Origin: Octopus bimaculoides
Lineage: Eukaryota
Assembly (NCBI RefSeq): GCF_001194135.2
Contig: NC_068988.1
Location: 48,415,045 to 48,457,819, forward strand
Reading direction: 5' to 3'
DNA length: 42,775 bases
Positions 34,515 to 42,775 of this stretch are shown piece after piece. How positions within the stretch are numbered: the stretch's first letter is position 1; each line of letters starts with the position of its first letter. Under the pieces are notes generated by a model. That model searched no databases. It saw only the letters and a list, made by a program, of their open reading frames with translations, and had not been told where the DNA came from. The position numbers were made by a program, and so were the translations under genes.

Positions 34515-37436
34515 GCCTTTGTACAGCTTCTAACCCTGGAGATGTACTACAATGTCAGCTGTTCACTACCAGGGAACTCAAGTGACACCCCTTATTTTTC
34601 GAGCCCCTTCCGGAGTATTCAAGCAGTTCCAAGCAGTGCTGTTTTCTGCAAGTGTTCCACCCTTATTGCTGCCCCTATTTGTTCCATGTTCTTCTCAAGA
34701 TTTTTACTCACTGTTCCCAGGGCTACGACAATTATTGGTACTACTACCACCTTTTTCAATCGACCACAACTGCTTAATTTCCCAAGCTAACTTGTCATAT
34801 CTCACAACTTTTCTTTCTTTTTTATCGCATACATTATTGTCAGCTTGGCTTGCTATATTTATCATTTTTGTCTTTCTCAATTAAGACTATGTCTGGCTTT
34901 CTATTCTCTATCTCATTGCCGCACTGAATCATAAACTCCTATAGGATCTTTGAATTATCATTTTCGATGATGCATTCGGGTTTGTGGTCGTACCAGTTTT
35001 TTGCTCTGTCAAGTCCATACATGTCGTAAAGTGTCCAATGGACAATCCTTGGTGTATTGTCGTGGCGTCTCTTGTATTCCTTCTGGGCTAGTGGCGTACA
35101 TTGACTGGTAATATGCCATACAGTTTTACCATTTTGTCCACAAATTCTGCACTTATCACTTTCGGATGTGTTGTCTATTTTGTATTTTATGTAATTTGTA
35201 CAGATAAGAGCCTCTGTTTCCGCTTTTAAATCACTTTTAGTCATCCACAGCCATCCTTTTTCTGTGTGTTTATCTTCAACATCCCTATGAAATTGTCCAT
35301 ACATTCTTTTCTTTACCCACCTATTTCCAGTTTCATTCGTTTTCAATTTCTTGTACCGTGCTTTATCTTTGCAATCTTTCATCCTACACAAGCCTGTCCT
35401 TCTTACTTCCAATAATAGTGGTACTGTGGGGTTTTTTTACATACTATGCTATGTTGTTTCTTTCTGTGTTCACACCCAATAAGTCCTCTTCCCCCTCTTT
35501 TGTTATGGTACATACAGTCTGTCTGTGTCACTTTTTAGGTGGAGTGTCGCATATCTAGTTAGCAAATTCCTTGTCTTTCTGTCTAAGTTGTTCAGTTGGT
35601 CTACTGTCCATGCGATAAACCCTACTCCATATCTAAGGATTGAAACCGCCTAGGTGTTGATAGCTTCAATCTTATTTCGTCCGTTTAATTTCGACTTAAG
35701 GATCAGTCTCAGTCTTTACAAGTACTCCACCGTAAAGTTTTCTGTCATTTCTTTCTCCATCAATTTATCCATTTCCAAAATCCCCAAGTACTTATAGCCC
35801 GTCTCTTCTATCTGCTTCATAACCTCCCTCGACAGCATCGTTAGCCCGCCTATACATTTGATTTTGCCTCTCTTCAAGACTAACACACCACACTTTCTCA
35901 GCCCGAACTCTATTCTGATATCAGCACTGAAGGTATACACCGTATCAACGAGGGAACTGACTTGGGCTTCATCTTTATCTTAAAGTTTGAAGTCATCCAT
36001 GATTAACAAATGGTTGACTTTTTGTTAGCAGCTTTTGAATACATACCCAGCTTTTGCTTTCCTCAGAATCAGTGTTAGTGATATCAAACACAGTACAAAG
36101 ATGAGTAGGGATAGGCAGTCCCCTTGGATGACCCGAGTATTCCAGTCAATATTGTCCGCATAGGTTACAAAAAGGATATCGTATTGCCTTTTTCGATGTT
36201 TTTCATGCACAGCACTGTCCTACCCAATGTCAACCACTCTGGTGTTACTTGGTCGGCATTTAACAAGGTGTTGAGTTGTGCAGCTATTCGTGCATGACAT
36301 TCACCAAATCTTTTGATCCAGTAGCCGTGAAATCCATCTGGTCCCGGGGCCTTCCAGTTGCTCATTTGTTTGCTGATTCCCTTCACTTCCCTAACTGAAA
36401 TGACTAGTCCTGCCTGTTTTGGACAGCCTACTGTTTGTTTCAGTTCTTGCAATCATTCAGCATCCTTCTTGTGCTCCTTGTCTTTACTCCCAATGTCACT
36501 CTAAAACCTTTGACTTTCAATGTTATCTGGTATCAACTTTTTATCTGTACACTCGCCATTTATTTCTTTTTAGAATCTCTTCTGATCTACTCTGAATAAC
36601 CTATTCTGGTGGTAACCCTTCATTCTTTAGTCGTATCTTACCATCTTTGCCTTCTTTGCAACGAAGCGCTGTTTCAGATCCTCCATTACCACTTTTATGC
36701 CCTTTCTTTCAATATTATACTTCCTTTTCAGCACCCTGTATTTTTGTTCGCTTTTAAGCTCTCCTTTCTCTTTTCGGTCTAACACAGAAACGTCCTTCGC
36801 AAGCATATATAACCCTGCCTGTATTCTCCCTTTCCACCATGGATATTTTCTTTTGTTACTCCCATTATATTTCTTTTTCTTGACATCAACTCCCACGTTT
36901 TTTGCTACAACAATACCCGCTGCCTTGATCAAATTATTTGTTTCTGTGATGTTGTTTGTTCTGACGTATTTCAGAATTTCATTGACATTTTTCGTTTCTT
37001 GGTTCAATTTTCACCGATCAACCTTTTTAAGGTTGCAAATAAAAATAATGTCGCTGTCGTTCTCCTGTAGACTTGCCATTATTCTGTTGTAGGTTGCGTT
37101 TTGTTCATCTGTCATGTCACCATTAGCTTTATTGTCTTCTTTCAGATCATCGATGTCTATCATCAAGTAAACTACCATTGCTCCTTCCCTGTGCTATGAG
37201 ATTACTTATATTAGTAAGAGCTGTATTTTCATCGTTATCTCTGCTGCTATTTTCTAATACCCGTCTTTTGATAGCTTCCAGCTCTACTTCTGTGAAACAA
37301 CGATTTTTTTCTTATTGCTCTAGCTTGATCACAGTCTATGTTCCGTGAGTTGAAACAATCACTTTTTTCTCCAAAGATCTTACATACGTTGTCGGCAACC
37401 CTAATTTGAGCACCATTTTCATCCACAGGGTTGGTC
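34515..37436 (-). mobile_element. R4/Dong-like non-LTR retrotransposon (B): single ORF with RT, CCHC knuckle and restriction-like endonuclease; 5'-truncated, internally deleted, pseudogenised
   Basis: Minus-strand fragments in the expected order: N-terminal DQARAIRKK/FTEVELEAIKRR, PWWKGRI, WKAPGPDGFHGYWIK, QGDCLS, NHLLIMDD (35992-36000), EFGLRKC, YKYLG, RLYVP*QRGGRGL, CRICGQNGKTVWHITSQC (CCHC) + RRHDN, RKPDIV (RLE PD motif) and LQKTALLGTA*ILRKGLEK* (stop 34592-34594). Many stops and frameshifts. Confidence 0.9.
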
Positions 37437-37488
37437 TATTATTATCATTATTATTATTATTATTATAATTATTATTATTATTATTATT
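37437..37488. repeat. (ATT)n tract between element B 5' end and element C 3' end
   Basis: Read directly. Confidence 0.95.
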
Positions 37489-37743
37489 GTTCAGTAGTTT
37501 TATTTTTATAACGTGCTTTCACTTCACTACCGAGCGCAGCTCTGTGCGCCTTGGGTATGTGCTGTGGTTTGCTGTGGTGCTCTTATGTTTACTCTATTGA
37601 AAGTGTTTTGCGTAGAATGTGTGCAGTACCCAGTAGTGCAATTTTCTGTATGTTATATATATTTGTAAGTCCTGGTATTTTTGTTATGTATTTGTCTGAA
37701 TATTTTTTTATTATACCTAAGGCACCTACTATGATAGGAATTG
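37489..37743 (-). mobile_element. 3'-terminal fragment (C) of a different R4/Dong-like subfamily, running into an N gap
   Basis: IPIIVGALGIIKKYSDKYITKIPGLTNIYNIQKIALLGTAHILRKTLSIE* (stop 37589-37591) has no internal stops. It is followed by a ~100-nt 3' UTR and an (AAT)n tail on the minus strand. Confidence 0.85.
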
Positions 37744-38742
37744 NNNNNNNNNNNNNNNNNNNNNNNNNNNNNNNNNNNNNNNNNNNNNNNNNNNNNNNNN
37801 NNNNNNNNNNNNNNNNNNNNNNNNNNNNNNNNNNNNNNNNNNNNNNNNNNNNNNNNNNNNNNNNNNNNNNNNNNNNNNNNNNNNNNNNNNNNNNNNNNNN
37901 NNNNNNNNNNNNNNNNNNNNNNNNNNNNNNNNNNNNNNNNNNNNNNNNNNNNNNNNNNNNNNNNNNNNNNNNNNNNNNNNNNNNNNNNNNNNNNNNNNNN
38001 NNNNNNNNNNNNNNNNNNNNNNNNNNNNNNNNNNNNNNNNNNNNNNNNNNNNNNNNNNNNNNNNNNNNNNNNNNNNNNNNNNNNNNNNNNNNNNNNNNNN
38101 NNNNNNNNNNNNNNNNNNNNNNNNNNNNNNNNNNNNNNNNNNNNNNNNNNNNNNNNNNNNNNNNNNNNNNAATGAAGAAATTGGCGTAAAGTCTGATTAG
38201 GATTTTGACATAGATTTCGGTGACACATAACAATTCCTTTTCTCAATGGAGAAAGGGAAATGACTTTTTTTTTCAAAGAAAACAGGTGATTGAACATTCG
38301 GAAGGATGGTAGATGGATGCGGTTGACTGCGAAGTCATTGCCAAAGACAACGTAGCAAGATGAAAAATTACCATAAATCATTGAGTATAGCAATCACTTG
38401 TTTTTTGTATTTTTTTTTTTTGTAGAAGAAATATTAGAGTAAGTACCTCAACGACATTTTAAAAGTATTAGTATAACTGCACAAAATGAGCATGTTACTA
38501 GCAGCCTGACAGTACTTCAACAGCAGCAGTGGGGCAACAGTTTTAATATATCTGGAAAACTAAATTGAGTTTTCCAAGAATGTAGAATATTCAGTTGAAT
38601 AGAACGCAATGTGTTATAAGTCTATAAATGACTAGTAGACGTATTTCAATACTTAACAGGTATAAACAATTTCGTTAGTTGCACGCACACAGACACACAC
38701 AGACACACAGACACACACACACACTCACTCACACACACGCAG

Positions 38743-38778
<36 letters not shown>

Positions 38779-38824
38779 TGGGGGAGAATGAAAAGGGAAT
38801 TGAGGGAGAGAGGAAGACAGAAAC

Positions 38825-38825
<1 letters not shown>

Positions 38826-38884
<59 letters not shown>
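38826..38884. repeat. (TAGA)n tetranucleotide microsatellite
   Basis: Read directly. Confidence 0.95.
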
Positions 38885-38885
<1 letters not shown>

Positions 38886-41800
38886 GATTGGTTGATAGCT
38901 GTGTGTGCACGTGTGTTTGTGTGTGAACAGCATATATTTTATTTACAGTGCTGTCGTGACTAAAACTGCATACTTAAAGCGCATATCATCTAAAAGCTAC
39001 TGCAGTGCATGAAATCCTGTAGAAAATAGAGAAAAAATACTGACTTTCATTGTTTCACATTTAAATCCATTTATGTTTCTAAAATATCCAGGTACTCTTC
39101 TCTGTAAATCGGTACCTTAATCGATACATATTAGCGTTGATATTTGTTAGTCTGAAAATAACGTCGCCGTTTTTCAAATATTCTCTACTGTATTGCGCAA
39201 GAAAATCCAGATGTAACCCAAATTAATGCATGAATTGAAAAAATTTGTCTCTCCGAAATTCATTCAAAATGAATGGCTAACAAGATACCCATGCAAATAA
39301 CTTGGATTTACATTCGTTTATCTGATACTTTGATCAATTGTCTTCTATCATAGACACAATTCAAACAAAATATTTTAAATAAAATTTGATGGCTAGAAAC
39401 TATGCGGCAGTTCAACGGATGAAATTATTCTATTTTGGCGTGAAAGAATTCATTTGTCGCCTTGTTAACACCACCATCTGACTTTTTGACACTACTGCTT
39501 TAACATTTTGCCAACGCTAGTATGAAGGAAAATATGACGAATATGAGGGCTTGGTCCGTAAAGTTTTCAGCATTCCGCTATGATCAATTTTCTGAGAAAA
39601 GCTTTCTTCCATTTTTCCAATGAAACAAATCTCTGAAATGCGTCTCTGTTATTCTGTTTTCTAAAATGTCAGAACCTTTATAACGTATTTTATGTAAGTG
39701 ACAGGCATTTTGTTAGCTTAGTATGCTGAGTTGAGTTACTTACATAAGATGCTCTCAGTTTTTCTTGTCTCGTCAGAATAATTTAATAAGTCATGGGATT
39801 CGCAATAATCATATTTAATAAGAAATATGAGTGTGGCTTGTATTATTGCTGCTGAGTCGTTGGAATATTGTTCGATCACAGACGTCCATCAAATTTTATA
39901 GAGGCAGAATTAAGCTCATTCTGAGCAACTAGAATACCGTAAAACTAATGAACGAATTATTAGCTTGTAATGATGTCCTGATATCCTCTCATGGACTGCT
40001 GATGGATAGATTGATACCAACTGTAGTAGCTTTATTCAAAGACAGGCTGAAAAGAAAGTGATTGTTACAATATTTAATATCAGCGTGTTATAGGGGCAAT
40101 TAATCAATCTCAAAACATCAAAACATTTAATATCCTGTAAGTTTAATAATCTAGAGGATTTTATATTGCCAACCACTATCATCACCAACTATCACTAGTA
40201 TCACCTCCTGAACCATCATCAATCACATATCACTGCTACTATCATCCTGATCTAACACCTTAACAGTCCACCAACACAATCACCGAACCAATGGAAAACC
40301 CGCTACCAGGTCGCTGGTCCTGTTTGAAATACCTCCCAAATTACCCTCTAATATTATCTAGCCGTCTTAAATGAAGCAGGACACATTGATGAATATAGTT
40401 TCTGTTAATAAAAAAATAAGGAAAAACATGAGAGAAAAACAATAGAATGCCTTTGAACATACTATTTTTTTCCCGATACGTGTTGAACTGGTGTAAAACA
40501 AATCGACTATCATCTCCTACATACCGACACTGCTGCCATCTATATTTCATATCTCTATGGATCACTACGTGGTTGTAGCACTTGCTAGAAATAGCAGTAA
40601 AACCCGTACAAATAATTTCACATCGTCTTAGAAAATTAAGCATTAGTAAATGTTCACATGGGTTCCCAGCGTTTATGAAAAAAATATTTGAAGAAATTGT
40701 CTCAGCTGGATTATAAACGGGTCCAAAAGGGAAGAACTGAGATTAAGCAAGAACAACAACAGTAATAATAGCAATAGCACAATCAACACCACCACCTTCA
40801 ATAATATCTACGCAAGAGGAAAACTTAAAGTTTCTATGTGATCACACAACCACCTAGAAATAGCTAACAAAATTTCACTTCAACCGTATTACAATGTTCC
40901 CCTAGACATGCTATGTCGAATTACCACCATCTTAACTATCACTACCACCTCCACCATCATAGATTCTGCTGCTACCATATTTTCTATCACTGCTTCTATT
41001 AGTTTGGCACACCAGCTTTTAATATAATGAAACACAGGATCCAAGCAATAGAATTAAGATAGCCGGTCATAGGTCAGTGGATTATTCGGGAACGTGTGAT
41101 ATGACCTCGCTTTGAACAAATCTAATTAAAGTGTTTCTTACATAATTAACTCCGACAAAGTGAGAAAATAGCGGCATATGTATAAAAATAAACATTTTTC
41201 TGCTGGCGTTGTAGCTTGTAGCGGAGATGGTGGTACTGGCTTTGCTTGCAGTAGCGGTGGTGTAGTTTGTAGTAGCAGTGATTGTCTAGTTAGTCACAGT
41301 AATGGTAATGGCGTATGCTGGGTTGGTATCTTGAAGTAGTGGTGGCAGTAATGATGCCGACGACGTTTGTGCTGGTAACAACAATGATGATGGTGATAAT
41401 GACGTTTGCAACAACGGTGTTGATAATTGTGGCGGTTTCGATGTTGTTTAGAGTTCCTAAGATGGTATGTATAGTTTTGGTGGTGGTGATGGTATTTTTA
41501 GTAATGGTGACAAATATTATTTGTAGTAGCTGTATTGGTTGAGATAGTGATGAGCATTCGAGTTTAAGTGGTAAACATAATGTTGGTATCAGTGGTGGTT
41601 CCTATTTTTCTACCGAGGACATAATGGTATTTTTCGTGTTGCCATTCTTTATGTTGTTATTATTACTGCTTTGCACCGCTACACTCTGCTATTGTGGAGC
41701 ATAGTATTTCCTTATTGCTATTGCTCGCGTTGTTAGTTCGCATTTATAGCATTGCCAACGTCGTTCTGTATTCTCCTTAACGTCCATCATGTGTTGCTAT

Positions 41801-42180
41801 CGTTTCCACTGTTGTTGCTGGAGTCTGCTGTTGATTTTAGTGCAGTGTTCTCAATCGTTTTAAAGGCTGGTGTTTTGTATTATTCTTTTATTTCATCTCA
41901 CACATGATCTGACGTCGCTACCGCTGAAATTATGACATAAACATCCGCCATATTAAAGTAAATGTTAAAAAGAAACGCCTTAATGAAAACAAGAAAAATT
42001 TCAATAGATATAAATTATTGCACACAAATGGCACACATACATACTGGAAAAGGAAAATATGAATATAGCAAAACTACATTAAATCATAGCAAATATAAAG
42101 CCTAGAAGGACATTAATTTTAAACACGGGTACAAATTTTAAGCGAATATTCGCTGCATGATATTGCTCCGACAACTTAGA

Positions 42181-42260
42181 CTGCTATTTGTTTTATCAAT
42201 CGTGGTGGAATGGAAATAAAGTTGACTTACGCGAGGTTCGAACTCGGAGTGTAAAGAACT
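42181..42260 (-). mobile_element. Highly degraded SINE family M fragment
   Basis: Minus strand CCGAGTTCGAACC (box B-like) is followed by GTCAACTTTATTTCCATTCC..GATTGATAAAAC, a weak match to the family centre. Confidence 0.3.
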
Positions 42261-42659
42261 AAGAAACCAAAATAAATAAAGTAAGAAAGAAATTAGCTTT
42301 TGTATGTAGGTCTATCATTTATGCCAGTTCAAAAAGTTATTTTGGGTAAGCCTTTCAAAGTGTTGATAGAAATGCTGCTGTTAGGATTGAAAATAACGCT
42401 GATAAAGGTTGATAGGAATTTCTGTTTCGTTTTACAACAATATGGCTTGTATTCATCATAATAATTTAATATGAAAGCAAGAATAAATGGTTCTTTGAAA
42501 TATTAGCTTCCTTCACGCCGACAAGGGCGTGGGTAGAGCAACAGCAACGAACGGCGTAAAGTAATCAACAAAAAGATGATATAGTGATAATAAATATTTC
42601 GAACACCGACACACATGCATGTATATATTAATAAAAATGAATAGACCATACATATGTTT

Positions 42660-42701
<42 letters not shown>

Positions 42702-42775
42702 AGGGAGGGAGAGAGTAGTACTCGCATTTTTTTTACTGTGAATTGGATTTCGTTTGAACTCTGTAAATATATATA

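Noticed and set aside
38171-38393. Sequence after the gap as a continuation of retroposon fragment C
   Set aside because: No frame shows RLE, CCHC or RT motifs, so C probably ends inside the gap.

Overview
This is AT-rich, repeat-dense eukaryotic DNA with nine assembly gaps (N runs at 1316-1446, 10457-11038, 14785-15039, 17752-17910, 21165-21877, 23065-23816, 24632-24945, 28167-28313, 37744-38170). The microsatellite density and the tRNA-headed SINE families resemble repeats I recall from Octopus (coleoid cephalopod) assemblies; that assignment is inference from memory, not a search result. No host gene, tRNA/rRNA gene or CRISPR array can be confidently called, and almost all listed ORFs are artefacts of microsatellites or N gaps. 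Supported features are decayed transposons. (1) A ~2.9-kb R4/Dong-like RLE non-LTR retrotransposon (34515-37436, minus) is stacked with two more 3' ends of related subfamilies, each separated by ATT/ATC tracts. (2) A mariner element has its 5' TIR/N-terminus and its HTH region in opposite orientations (597-1201). (3) There is a maT-like Tc1/mariner 5' half (11178-11853), a Tigger/pogo fragment (4025-4180), a MITE-like foldback (1792-2074) and many SINE copies. The best non-transposon lead is a CpG-rich island at ~22030-22305 with two in-phase candidate mini-exons; several weaker exon candidates are scattered across the window and need RNA evidence. I do not see convincing evidence of a new biological system; the stacked microsatellite-associated retroposons and the candidate mini-exons are the items most worth checking.
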